NCBI GenBank assembly: GCA_965662235.1
Contig: CBFIGY010000003.1
Span: 32,001 to 96,000 of the forward strand
Length of the DNA: 64,000 nucleotides
Source of the DNA: an uncultured bacterium
GTDB taxonomy: Bacteria > SAR324 > NAC60-12
Direction: 5' to 3'
The notes below the pieces were generated by a model, which was not told where the DNA came from, did no database searches, and was given only the letters and a program-made list of their open reading frames with translations. The translations under genes were made by a program, and so were the position numbers. Below, piece after piece: positions 37,977-47,620 of this stretch (position 1 is the first letter of the stretch; every line of letters starts with the position of its first letter).

Positions 37977-38615
37977 ATGAAACGTTTTTCCTTCAGCCCG
38001 GAAGGGGTGGTGCACCTCTTTGCCGCCCTCCAGTTGGTCAAGCTCGGCATTGCCTCCACCTCTGAGCGGGGACACATCCTCTCCCATGTTTCAGGCGAGG
38101 CGGCCATGACCTTTCTGCTCCTCAGCCTGGTCATGACCCCTTTGTTCCTCCTGACAGGAAAGAGCTTCCTGCCACGGCTCAAGAAGCCCTTGGGCCTCTA
38201 TGCCTTTTTTCTCAGCAGCCTGCACCTGGGCCTTTATGCGTTTGAGGAGCACTGGGACGTGTGGAAGCTCTGGGACCAGAGCCTGGAGGATCCGTCGTTC
38301 TGGGCAGCATGGGTCGCCTTGCTGGGCATGGTGCCCTTGGCTGTGACCTCCACCCGAGGATGGATGCGTCGTCTGGGCAGGCGCTGGAAGCGGTTGCACC
38401 AGGTCGTGTACGTCCTCTCCATTGCTGCTGTGATCCACGTCTTCCTTCTGGAAGATGGGTTGGAAAAAGGCGCTTTTTACAGTATCCTACTGCTGACCCT
38501 ACTCAGCCTTCGGCTTCCGTTTTTTCGACGATTCCTCGCTCAGCGGCGCCCCAGCGTCCTGAGGCTGCAGTCCCGATTGAACCCCCGTAAACTCATTTCA
38601 GCCCCTTCATCATGA
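37977..38615 (+). CDS. MsrQ-like ferric-reductase-family haem b membrane protein
   Basis: SG..A..L..SL.MTP, LGLYAF....LH, PLAVTS...MRRLGRRWKRLHQVVY...AVIH. Confidence 0.85.
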   Translation: MKRFSFSPEGVVHLFAALQLVKLGIASTSERGHILSHVSGEAAMTFLLLSLVMTPLFLLTGKSFLPRLKKPLGLYAFFLSSLHLGLYAFEEHWDVWKLWDQSLEDPSFWAAWVALLGMVPLAVTSTRGWMRRLGRRWKRLHQVVYVLSIAAVIHVFLLEDGLEKGAFYSILLLTLLSLRLPFFRRFLAQRRPSVLRLQSRLNPRKLISAPSS

Positions 38616-39169
38616 AAGTTGTCTCTCCGTTCGCCCTTTCCCTGCTCCTGCTCCTCAATGCGGCAGCCACCGCCTCGGCGCAGGACGATTACCACTACCA
38701 GCGGGATCTGGGATTCTTCACCACCTTGTTCATGGAAAAGGAGATGCCCACGATCCAGAACAAGACCGTTCAGCAGGAGTGTGGCGCCTGCCACTGGGCG
38801 ATGCTTCCCGGGTTGCTCCCAGAGCGTTCCTGGAACCGGCTGATGCAGGAGCAGGCCAATCACTTTGGGGAAGACCTGGCGCTTGATGAACAGACTGCCA
38901 CGGAAATCCGGACGTACCTGACCACCCACGCTGCTGAGCTGACGCCCTCCAAGGTATCGGTCAAGGTTCTGGACAAGCTAGGAGACACCGAAGCCCCCTT
39001 GCGGATCTCTGAAACGGCCTACTGGAAGCGCAAGCACGAGGATCTGGTGGAGGACAACGTGTTTGACCGCAACTCCATCAAGAGCCCCGCCAACTGTGTG
39101 GCCTGCCACACCGATGTGGAACGGACCGGGCTCTTTGACGAAGACCTCGTGGAGATTCCTGTCAACTGA
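38612..39169 (+). CDS. Dihaem cytochrome c (DHC)
   Basis: Signal peptide; ECGACH..PGLLPERSW..LM...HFGED, PLRISET.YWKRKH and SPANCVACH. Confidence 0.92.
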   Translation: MKVVSPFALSLLLLLNAAATASAQDDYHYQRDLGFFTTLFMEKEMPTIQNKTVQQECGACHWAMLPGLLPERSWNRLMQEQANHFGEDLALDEQTATEIRTYLTTHAAELTPSKVSVKVLDKLGDTEAPLRISETAYWKRKHEDLVEDNVFDRNSIKSPANCVACHTDVERTGLFDEDLVEIPVN

Positions 39170-39198
39170 GCCCCTGCCCAGCGGAGGTTCGGCCTCCG

Positions 39199-40992
39199 CT
39201 AGTGATTGTCGCGAGGCAGTCCCTTGCGCTGCGCAATGCGCTGGTACTTGACCGCCGGCTTGAGGACCATGCCTGCAGCCAGTTGATCCACACAGCCCCG
39301 CTGCAGTTCCTGCCAGGGCGTTTGCGATTCCGGGGAAGCGTAACCTCCAGCCTCCTCCAGTGCTGCTTGACGGCGGGCCCACTCGTCAGGCGCCACCAGC
39401 GCTTCCACCCGCCCCTGGTTCAGGTCCACCCGGACCCGGTCTCCTGTCTGCAGCAACGCCAAGCCACCTCCCACAGCCGCTTCCGGAGACGCATTGAGGA
39501 TGGAAGGGGATCCGGACGTTCCGGACTGGCGCCCGTCTCCAATGCACGGCAACTCCGAGATGCCCTGCTTGAGCAGGTAATCCGGCGCCCGCATGTTCAC
39601 CACCTCGGCGGCCCCCGGATACCCCACAGGCCCAGTTCCTCGGATGAAGAGGAGGCAGTGGGCATCAATGGCAAGGGCAGGATCGTCAATACGTTCGTGA
39701 TAATCCTCTGGGCCGTCAAAGACAATGGCCCGGCCCTCGAACGCATTGGGGTCTTCCGGATTGGAGAGGTACTGCTTTCGGAAGGCCTCTGAAAGCACAG
39801 AGGTCTTCATGATTGCGGCATCAAAGAGGTTTCCGCGCATGACCTTGAAGCCTGCATCAGGCTGCAGCGCTGTTTCAAAGGTCCGGATCACGTCGGCGTC
39901 TTCGCTCACCCGTCCTCTGCAGTTGTCCCCGATGGTTTGGCCATTCACAGTCAATGCAGTCTCATGGATGCGCCCATGCCGCATCAACTCGGCAACCACT
40001 ACCGGAACCCCACCTGCGTGGTGGTAGTCTTCCCCCAAATACGCGCCTGCGGGTTGCAGATTCACAAGCAGCGGAAGGTCCTGCCCCACTCGTTCCCAGT
40101 CTTCCAGCGTCAGCTCCACCCCAACGTGCCGAGCAATGGCGCTCAGGTGAATGGGCGCATTGGTTGATCCACCGATGGCGGTGTTGACCGCAATAGCGTT
40201 TTCAAAGGCCTCCTTGGTCAGAAGGTCTGAAGGCTTCAGGTCCTCCTCCACCAGCGCCACCGCCCGCTTTCCGGTTTCATACGCCATCTGCGCCCGCTCA
40301 CGATACGGAGCCGGAATGGAGGCGCATCCGGGCAGAGACATCCCAAGCGCCTCAGCCAGTGAGTTCATCGTGGTCGCCGTGCCCATGGTGTTGCAGTAAC
40401 CCGGAGACGGCGCCGAGGAGGCCACTAGGTCCACAAATCCCGTGTAATCAATTTCACCGCGCGCCATCATCTCCCGAGCCTTCCAGATGATGGTTCCGGA
40501 GCCGGTCCGCTCGCCCTTGAACCAGCCGTTGAGCATTGGCCCCCCGGAAAGGACAATCGCCGGAAGGTTGACGGTCGCAGCCGCCATCAGGCATGCCGGA
40601 GTGGTTTTGTCGCACCCCACGGTCAGGACGACCCCATCAAGCGGGTAACCGTAGAGCACCTCCACCAGTCCCAGGTACGCGAGGTTGCGGTCCAGCGACG
40701 CAGTGGGACGCTTCCCCGTCTCCTGAATCGGGTGCACCGGAAACTCAATGGCGATGCCTCCCGCTTCTCGGATGCCCTCCCGGACCCGCTGGGCCAGTTC
40801 CAGGTGAGGGCGATTGCAGGGAGAGAGGTCGGAGCCGGTCTGGGCAATGCCGATGATGGGCTTGCCGGACTGCAACTCCTCACGCGTCAGGCCATAGTTG
40901 AGGTAGCGCTCCAGGTACAGCGCCGTCATGTCGGGGTTGTCCGGATTGTCAAACCACGCCCGGGAACGCAGGCGCTTCGCTTCAGTTGCCAT
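39199..40992 (-). CDS. IlvD/Edd family dehydratase (xylonate/arabinonate dehydratase-like)
   Basis: [39 protein letters not shown] and [15 protein letters not shown]. Confidence 0.9.
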   Translation of the reverse strand: MATEAKRLRSRAWFDNPDNPDMTALYLERYLNYGLTREELQSGKPIIGIAQTGSDLSPCNRPHLELAQRVREGIREAGGIAIEFPVHPIQETGKRPTASLDRNLAYLGLVEVLYGYPLDGVVLTVGCDKTTPACLMAAATVNLPAIVLSGGPMLNGWFKGERTGSGTIIWKAREMMARGEIDYTGFVDLVASSAPSPGYCNTMGTATTMNSLAEALGMSLPGCASIPAPYRERAQMAYETGKRAVALVEEDLKPSDLLTKEAFENAIAVNTAIGGSTNAPIHLSAIARHVGVELTLEDWERVGQDLPLLVNLQPAGAYLGEDYHHAGGVPVVVAELMRHGRIHETALTVNGQTIGDNCRGRVSEDADVIRTFETALQPDAGFKVMRGNLFDAAIMKTSVLSEAFRKQYLSNPEDPNAFEGRAIVFDGPEDYHERIDDPALAIDAHCLLFIRGTGPVGYPGAAEVVNMRAPDYLLKQGISELPCIGDGRQSGTSGSPSILNASPEAAVGGGLALLQTGDRVRVDLNQGRVEALVAPDEWARRQAALEEAGGYASPESQTPWQELQRGCVDQLAAGMVLKPAVKYQRIAQRKGLPRDNH

Positions 40993-41027
40993 GGGAGCCT
41001 TTCAGAGACAGGGAAGCTGCGGGAGGA

Positions 41028-41657
41028 TTACTTGGTGCCGAAGATGCGGTCTCCGGCGTCACCGAGTCCGGGAAGGATGTAGGCGTGGTCGTTGAGACAC
41101 CGGTCCACAGCAGCGGTGTAAATGGGGACATCCGGGTGCACCTCATGGAAGTGGCGGATGCCTTCTGGCGCTGCCAGCAGGGACACGAAGCGGATGTTGC
41201 TGGCGCCGTTTTCCTTCAACCGGGTCACCGCAGCAGCAGAGGAGTGCCCGGTCGCCAGCATTGGATCCAACGCCAGCACCAGCCGCTGGTCAATCAGGTC
41301 CGGAAGCTTGAGGTAGTACTCCACAGCCTGCAGGGTTTCCGGGTCCCGATACAGACCAATGTGCCCCACCCGAGCTGAAGGAATCATCTCCAGGAAGCCT
41401 TCCAGCAGGCCAATGCCTGCCCGGAGGATGGGCACCAGGCAGAGCTTCTTGCCCTCAAGAAACGGAGCCTGCATGCTTTCCAGCGGAGTTTCAATTTCCT
41501 CAGTGTGTGTGGGCAGGTCCTTGGTCACTTCATACGCCAGGAGCATTCCCACCTCGCGGGCCAGGTCCCGGAAGCTCTTGGTCGAGGTTTCCTGCATGCG
41601 CATGAGGGACAGCTTGTGCTGCACCAGGGGGTGGTGGATTTCAAAAAGTTCTTTCAT
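41028..41657 (-). CDS. upp: Uracil phosphoribosyltransferase
   Basis: [29 protein letters not shown] and [17 protein letters not shown]. Confidence 0.97.
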   Translation of the reverse strand: MKELFEIHHPLVQHKLSLMRMQETSTKSFRDLAREVGMLLAYEVTKDLPTHTEEIETPLESMQAPFLEGKKLCLVPILRAGIGLLEGFLEMIPSARVGHIGLYRDPETLQAVEYYLKLPDLIDQRLVLALDPMLATGHSSAAAVTRLKENGASNIRFVSLLAAPEGIRHFHEVHPDVPIYTAAVDRCLNDHAYILPGLGDAGDRIFGTK

Positions 41658-41822
41658 CAACACCGTCTTTTTCTGTTCCAAATCAGCGGGATCACGGACC
41701 TTACTGAAGACGGTAAGGCCGTTTGTCGACGAGAGTGTACACGAAGTTTTTCAGAAGCACGAGGGGGAAGGTGCTTGAAAGGAGGTGGGGTGGGAGCCCC
41801 CCTCAGGGAGCGCCCGGAGGGG

Positions 41823-42545
41823 TCAGTTTTTCTTGCCGAGGTACGCTTCCTGGACCTTTTCAGAGGCCAAGAGTTCTGCAGACGTTCCGGAAAGCGCGAT
41901 CCGGCCCACGTCCAGCACGTACCCCCGGTCAGCCAGCTTGAGCGCCGCCTTGGCGTTTTGTTCCACCAGCAGCACGGTCACACCACTGTTGGCCACCGCC
42001 TTGATCTGCTTGAAGATGGCTTTGACGAGGATGGGGGCAATGCCCAGTGACGGCTCATCCAGAAGCAGCATCTCCGGACGGCTCATCAGTGAACGTCCAA
42101 TGGCCAGCATCTGCTGCTCTCCTCCGGAAAGGGTGCCTGCCAGCTGCTTGCGCCGTTCCTGCAGGCGGGGAAAGAGTTCATAGACCCAGTGCAGCACCGA
42201 GCGGTCCACCTGCTTTTGTGAGAAGGCGCCCAGCAGCAGGTTTTCCTCAACCGTCAGCACACCAAACACCCGACGTCCCTCCGGAGAGTGACTGATGCCC
42301 AGCTTCACAATCCGGTGGGCGGGCACCTGCGTCAGCTCCTGTCCCTTGAAGGTAATGGAGCCACTTTTGGCCCGGAGCAGGTGGCTGATGGTCCGCATGG
42401 TCGTCGTCTTGCCAGCGCCGTTTGCTCCCAAGATCGTCACAATCTCTCCCTTGCGGACCTCCAGCGAGATTCCCTTGATGGCGGCAATGGCCCCGTAGGA
42501 AACCTCTAGGTCCTTGATCCGAAACAACACGTCTGCGTCACTCAT
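41823..42545 (-). CDS. livF: Liv-type ABC transporter ATP-binding protein
   Basis: GANGAGKTT, PEGRRVF, LSGGEQQMLAIGR and DEPSLG. Confidence 0.9.
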   Translation of the reverse strand: MSDADVLFRIKDLEVSYGAIAAIKGISLEVRKGEIVTILGANGAGKTTTMRTISHLLRAKSGSITFKGQELTQVPAHRIVKLGISHSPEGRRVFGVLTVEENLLLGAFSQKQVDRSVLHWVYELFPRLQERRKQLAGTLSGGEQQMLAIGRSLMSRPEMLLLDEPSLGIAPILVKAIFKQIKAVANSGVTVLLVEQNAKAALKLADRGYVLDVGRIALSGTSAELLASEKVQEAYLGKKN

Positions 42546-43314
42546 CGTCCTCCTCACTGCCCAGGTAGGCTTCAATCACTGCGGGGTTCTTCTGAATCTC
42601 GGCAGGCACCCCCTCTGCGATCGGTTTACCAAAGTTGATCACCGTGAGGTAGTCCGTCATCTCCATGACCATGTCCATGTCGTGCTCAATCAGCAGCACT
42701 GTCACTCCCTGGTCCCGGATCTTGAAGATCGTCTGTAGCAGCTCTAGGGTTTCCTTGTCATTGAGTCCGGCAGCAGGCTCATCAAGAATCAGCAACGTCG
42801 GATCCACTGCCATTGCCCGGGCCATTTCCACACGCCGCTGGAGGCCATAGGGAAGGCTGCCCGTAGGAGTTGCGGCCACTTCCCCGAGGTTGAAGAAGTC
42901 GAGCTGCGCCTCCACCTTCTTCCAGTTGTCCCGTTCATCACGTCGGGACCCGGGTGTGTGCACCAAACCATGCCAGAGCTTCTGCCGACTCTTAATGTGC
43001 CGTCCGCTCATGACATTCTCTGCAACCGACATCTGGCTGAAGAGGCGGATGGTCTGAAAGGTCCGCACAATGCCTCGGTCCACAATCTGGTAAGGCGTCA
43101 GCCCCCGGATCTCCTCTCCACGCCAGCGGATGGACCCGACCTCTGGCCGGTAGATTCCGGTGATGCAGTTGAAAACCGTGGTCTTGCCGGCTCCGTTGGG
43201 ACCGATGATGCCATAGATCTGTCCGGGTTTGACGTGCAGGCTGAGCGCATCAACTGCGGTCAGACCCCCGAAGCGCTTGGTCACATCCGTCAGGATCAGT
43301 TCATTGTCCGCCAT
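42538..43314 (-). CDS. livG: Liv-type ABC transporter ATP-binding protein
   Basis: KRFGGLTAV, GPNGAGKTT, RTFQ, LPYG.QRRVE, DEPAAG and VIEAYLG. Confidence 0.9.
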   Translation of the reverse strand: MADNELILTDVTKRFGGLTAVDALSLHVKPGQIYGIIGPNGAGKTTVFNCITGIYRPEVGSIRWRGEEIRGLTPYQIVDRGIVRTFQTIRLFSQMSVAENVMSGRHIKSRQKLWHGLVHTPGSRRDERDNWKKVEAQLDFFNLGEVAATPTGSLPYGLQRRVEMARAMAVDPTLLILDEPAAGLNDKETLELLQTIFKIRDQGVTVLLIEHDMDMVMEMTDYLTVINFGKPIAEGVPAEIQKNPAVIEAYLGSEEDDE

Positions 43315-44260
43315 GGGGCTCCCCCTTGATCAGAAACGCCGGAATCTTGCCGAAGGTCGCGGGCACAATCCCCCGAGGACGGAGGATCATGGCGGCCATC
43401 ATGGCAAACCCGAAGATGAAGTAACGCCAGGTGGCAAACTCCCGGAAGATCTCTGGCACCACAAACATCACAAATACCCCCAGCATCACGCCTGGGACCG
43501 ATGAACCGCCGACCAGCACAATGCTGAAGAAGAGCACCGACTGAATGAAGTCAAAGGCTTCCGGACTGACAGCCGAGTACTGGGTCGCATAGACGGTTCC
43601 CGCCAGCCCCGCAATGCCGGCCCCTAGGCTAAAGGCAAAGACCTTGTACACCCGGGTGTTGATGCCGATGCTCTCTGCAGCCAACGGATCCTCACGCAGG
43701 TAGTGCAGGGCCCGGCCGGGTTTGCTGGATTCTAGGTTCGCCATCACCCACAGCGTCAGGAGCAGCGCCGCCAGGGCAAAGTAGTACACTGCCAGCTGAC
43801 TCGTCAGCTCCACTCCCAGCACACTGAGGGAGTCGAGTCCAAAGATGCCATTTGGCCCTCCGGTCACGCCCCCCAGGTTGTTCTGCAGCACCTGCACAAA
43901 AACGATGTTGAAGCCAATTGTGGTCACCAGCAGGTAGTCCCCGCGCAGGTGCACAATGGGTCCAGCCAAGAGGGCCCCAAAGCAGGCAGGAACCAGAATC
44001 GCCAGCGGAAGCGTTGCCACAATGGGCCACCCCAGTTCATTGTTGAGAATCGCTGTCGTGTAGGCCCCCATGCCAAAGAACAGGGCTTGCCCCATGTTGA
44101 ACATCCCGCTCTTGCCCAGCACAATGTCCTGCGAGAGCGCCACCACAGCAAAGATCAGGAAGGTGATGGCCACCGCCTGCCACCGGTCATTGAGGAAGTA
44201 GGGCAGGATGGCCATCACTCCCAGAAAGGCGGGCTCCCCCCATTTGCTCAGCTCGTTCAT
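43301..44260 (-). CDS. livM: Liv-type ABC transporter permease
   Basis: G..G.FNMGQALFFGMGAY, LRGDYL, TGGPNG and REDP.AAESIGI. Confidence 0.88.
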   Translation of the reverse strand: MNELSKWGEPAFLGVMAILPYFLNDRWQAVAITFLIFAVVALSQDIVLGKSGMFNMGQALFFGMGAYTTAILNNELGWPIVATLPLAILVPACFGALLAGPIVHLRGDYLLVTTIGFNIVFVQVLQNNLGGVTGGPNGIFGLDSLSVLGVELTSQLAVYYFALAALLLTLWVMANLESSKPGRALHYLREDPLAAESIGINTRVYKVFAFSLGAGIAGLAGTVYATQYSAVSPEAFDFIQSVLFFSIVLVGGSSVPGVMLGVFVMFVVPEIFREFATWRYFIFGFAMMAAMILRPRGIVPATFGKIPAFLIKGEPHGGQ

Positions 44261-44261
44261 A

Positions 44262-45158
44262 TCAGACTTTCTCCGCCACCCGCTCCCCGAGGATGCCCGT
44301 CGGCCGGACAATCAGGATGACGATCAGCAGGATGAAGGTGAAGGCGTCTGCCCAGGTGCTGGACACGTAGCCTGCGATGAAGGCGTTGAAGAGTCCCAGC
44401 AGCATGCCTCCCAGCATGGCGCCCGGGATGTTGCCGATGCCTCCCAAAATGGCGGCAATGAAGGCATAAAGCCCGTACTGCCAGCCCATGTTGAAGGTGA
44501 TGCCCCGGTAGTAGAGCCCAATGAACAGTCCCCCCACGGCCCCCAGGGAGGAGCCGATGACAAAGATGAGGGCAATGACACTGTTGACATTGATCCCCAT
44601 CAGCCGGGCCGCATCTTGGTCAATGGAGCTTGCCCGGATGGCAGCGCCCATGCGGGTCTTCTCCACAAACAGGTACAGTCCCACCATCAGCACCAGGGAT
44701 AGGACCAAGATCAGCACCTGAATCAGACTGATCACCACGCCGCCCCAGTCCCAGTAGACCTGAGGAACCAGCTCCGGGAAGATGCGCATGCGTGGTCCCC
44801 AGATGAGCATGATGCCGTTTTGAATGACCAGAGACGCCCCCAATGCAGACACCACGGCAGAGAGTCGGGGCGCTGTCCGGAGTGGCCGGTAGGCGACTCG
44901 CTCCAGAACAACGCCCACCCCTGCCATGATCAAGGCCGCCAGGAAGAAGATGGCAATCACCGCGACTGCTGACGTCGACTCGCCCAGCACCTCCGTGTAG
45001 AGCGTCAGGCCAACAAAAGCAGACGCAGCCACCATGTCGCCGTGGGCGAAGTTGATCAGCTTCATCACGCCGTAAACCATGGTGTAGCCCAACGCCACCA
45101 GGGCAAACATGCTGCCGATGGTCAGGCCATTTGCCAGCTGCTGTAGAAAGATTTCCAT
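44262..45158 (-). CDS. livH: Liv-type ABC transporter permease
   Basis: QQLANGL, ALGYTMVYGVMKLINFAHG, AAILGGIG and RPTGILG. Confidence 0.9.
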   Translation of the reverse strand: MEIFLQQLANGLTIGSMFALVALGYTMVYGVMKLINFAHGDMVAASAFVGLTLYTEVLGESTSAVAVIAIFFLAALIMAGVGVVLERVAYRPLRTAPRLSAVVSALGASLVIQNGIMLIWGPRMRIFPELVPQVYWDWGGVVISLIQVLILVLSLVLMVGLYLFVEKTRMGAAIRASSIDQDAARLMGINVNSVIALIFVIGSSLGAVGGLFIGLYYRGITFNMGWQYGLYAFIAAILGGIGNIPGAMLGGMLLGLFNAFIAGYVSSTWADAFTFILLIVILIVRPTGILGERVAEKV

Positions 45159-45257
45159 GGGTGCCCCTCCTGCCAGGCGATTCGGACCAATCCGTCAGCG
45201 CCGCTGCTCAGCGGCCAGCTGCAACGGGAGCCCCGGCCCCCGCTGAAGCAACGGATG

Positions 45258-46388
45258 TTACTGCACGTACTCGTTGGCGTAGCTGCCGTCCGCCTGAACA
45301 CGCTTCACCACATACGCACCCCCCTTGCGGTTGCCGTCGTTGGCAAAAGCAATCGGTCCGGTGATTCCCGGAAGCGGCTCCTTGAGGTTGTGCAGGTAGT
45401 CTGCAGCCTGCTTGGTATCAAAGCTCTGGTTGGCTTCCATGGCGTGCAGAATGGCCCGCATGCCGTCAATGTTCATCAGGCCCCAGATGGACGGTGGCAT
45501 TTCGCCATACTTCTTCTGGTAGTCGGCAATGAAGCTCTTTGCCACTTCATAGGGAAGGACATCCGGAGAGGGAACATTGATGATGTAGGCGCCCGTTGCT
45601 GCCGAACCGGCCAGCTTGACGAAGTCCGGGTTGTCGTTGGCATCTCCGCCGTAGAAGTCCGCCTTGATGCCCAACGCCACCTGCTGAGCCCGCAGCTGTC
45701 CGCCATCCGAGTAGTACCCGGCAAAGAAGATCGCATCCGGATTCTTGGACTTGATGTTCGTCAGCACCGGGGTGAAGTTCTGGGAATCGGCCTTGATCTT
45801 GTCCCGGGAGACAACGTTGCCCCCCAGTTTCCGGATGGCCGCCTCAGTCGCATTTGCGAGTCCGTCGGCATAGGTTGAGAAGTCCGAGAGGACGACGATG
45901 CGCTTGTACTTCTTGACCTGGACCAGGTAGTTGGCCGCAAACTCGGCTTCAGCACTGTTGGGGAAGGAGTTCCGCAAAAAGGTCCAGTAGCCGTTTTCCG
46001 TGAGGCTGTCCGCAGTACCGTCTGAGGTCTGCAGGACTCCCGCCTTGTAATAGGTCTTCTGGGCGGCTTCGGCACACGTGGAGGTGTAGGAGCCGATGAC
46101 CATGGAGACGCCTTTGTTGACCAGGTCCTTGGCACAAATGGCTGCCGCCATCGCCGTGCCCTGGTCGTCACAGACCACGACCTCCAGAGACCGTCCCATC
46201 ACGCCGCCTTTGGCGTTGATCTGTTCAGCCAGCAGGCGAACCCCATTCTCAATGCCTTGCCCTTCATTGGCATAGCTGCCGGTAATGGGCGCCTGCACCC
46301 CAACCTTGAGGGTGTCAGCAGCCTGAGCCGGCAGGGTCAGTGCGGCCAAGGCCGAGGCCGCTAGAAGCATTCGGAAGCGTTTTTTCAT
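45258..46388 (-). CDS. livK: Liv-type ABC transporter substrate-binding protein (proline likely from context)
   Basis: Signal peptide, APITG..A..G, INAKGGV.G, DDQG and GITGPIAF..DG.R. Confidence 0.85.
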   Translation of the reverse strand: MKKRFRMLLAASALAALTLPAQAADTLKVGVQAPITGSYANEGQGIENGVRLLAEQINAKGGVMGRSLEVVVCDDQGTAMAAAICAKDLVNKGVSMVIGSYTSTCAEAAQKTYYKAGVLQTSDGTADSLTENGYWTFLRNSFPNSAEAEFAANYLVQVKKYKRIVVLSDFSTYADGLANATEAAIRKLGGNVVSRDKIKADSQNFTPVLTNIKSKNPDAIFFAGYYSDGGQLRAQQVALGIKADFYGGDANDNPDFVKLAGSAATGAYIINVPSPDVLPYEVAKSFIADYQKKYGEMPPSIWGLMNIDGMRAILHAMEANQSFDTKQAADYLHNLKEPLPGITGPIAFANDGNRKGGAYVVKRVQADGSYANEYVQ

Positions 46389-46502
46389 GTGTGATCCTTG
46401 GTTGAGGTGATGACAAACAGGGTTGGGCGGGAAGCCTGACGTGCAGGAGGGCCGCAAGCGGTCCACCAGCGTGTGTTCCAATCGGAGCCCACCCGGCAGG
46501 AC

Positions 46503-47411
46503 TCAAAAGCGTCGCATGCCGAGAAACTGACGCAGCGCATGCCGCGCAATGGTTGGGTTCTCCTGAAGCCGTCGACGGGAGTACGGCATCCACGAGATCC
46601 CGAAGGGCACATAGACCCTGAGACGATGCCCAGCTTCCACGAGGATCTGACGTAGCTCCTCATCGACGCCGAGGAGCATCTGAAATTCGTAATCGTCCCG
46701 TCCCAGCTGGTACCGTTCGATGAGCTGCAGGGCCTCAAAGACCAGTTTTTCATCATGCGTTGCAATGCCAACGTAGGCCTGGTGCCGGAACATTCGGTCC
46801 AGAGACTCGGTGAAGCTGCGGTTGATGGTCGCCGGATCCTTCCAGGCAACCGCACGGGACTCATTGTAAATCCCCTTGCACAGCCGGAAGTTCATTGGCG
46901 CCTCCCGGAGGGACTCAATGTCTGCAGCCGTCCGGCGCAGGTAGGCCTGAAGCACCACCCCCACGTGTCCGGGGAACTCCTCCCGGAGTTGCCGGTACAG
47001 CTGGAGCGTGGCATCAGTGCAGGCCACGTCCTCCATGTCGATGCGCACAAAGGTTCCAAGCTCCGCCGCACGCGCAACAATCTCCCGAACATTGGCTGTC
47101 GCAAAGGCCTCATCCAGCAACAGCCCCATCTGCGTGGGCTTGAGCGACAGGTTGGCCTCCAACCCTTCTCGGTGCAGAGCCGACAGAATTTCCAGGCACT
47201 GCTCCTTGAAGTAGGTCGCCTCTTCCCGGGTCTGAATGAACTCCCCTAGGATGTCGAGGGTCACCAGCATCTTCTGCTCATTGAGCTCACGAGCCACCTG
47301 CAGGGCCTCGGTGAGCGTCTCTCCGGCGATGTACCCTCGGGCAAAAAAATGCACCAAGGGTCCCGGGATGTGCATGATCGTTTTCGCGACCAGCCAATTG
47401 AAGAAAGACAT
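46503..47411 (-). CDS. putB: Monofunctional proline dehydrogenase
   Basis: YIAGE, D.LGE, SLKPTQMGL, RIDMED, LQAYLRR, RLCKG.Y, ATHD, EFQML.G and YVPFG..W.PY..RRL.E. Confidence 0.95.
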   Translation of the reverse strand: MSFFNWLVAKTIMHIPGPLVHFFARGYIAGETLTEALQVARELNEQKMLVTLDILGEFIQTREEATYFKEQCLEILSALHREGLEANLSLKPTQMGLLLDEAFATANVREIVARAAELGTFVRIDMEDVACTDATLQLYRQLREEFPGHVGVVLQAYLRRTAADIESLREAPMNFRLCKGIYNESRAVAWKDPATINRSFTESLDRMFRHQAYVGIATHDEKLVFEALQLIERYQLGRDDYEFQMLLGVDEELRQILVEAGHRLRVYVPFGISWMPYSRRRLQENPTIARHALRQFLGMRRF

Positions 47412-47620
47412 ATTTTTTAATTTCGCTTAAAAGTCCCTGATCAAGGGTAAAGACAATGAATCAAATTTAAATATTTTTTTGACAGTTTTTTCAGGTTCCG
47501 GTCACTACAGACCTTCAGGCTTTACGGAACATCCCGTCAACTTCGCTCAGGGAACGCTGCCGTGTCCCGCCTGCGACCTGAAGTCAGCCGATCTTGAAAC
47601 AAGGCCGAAGGGGGCGGTGC

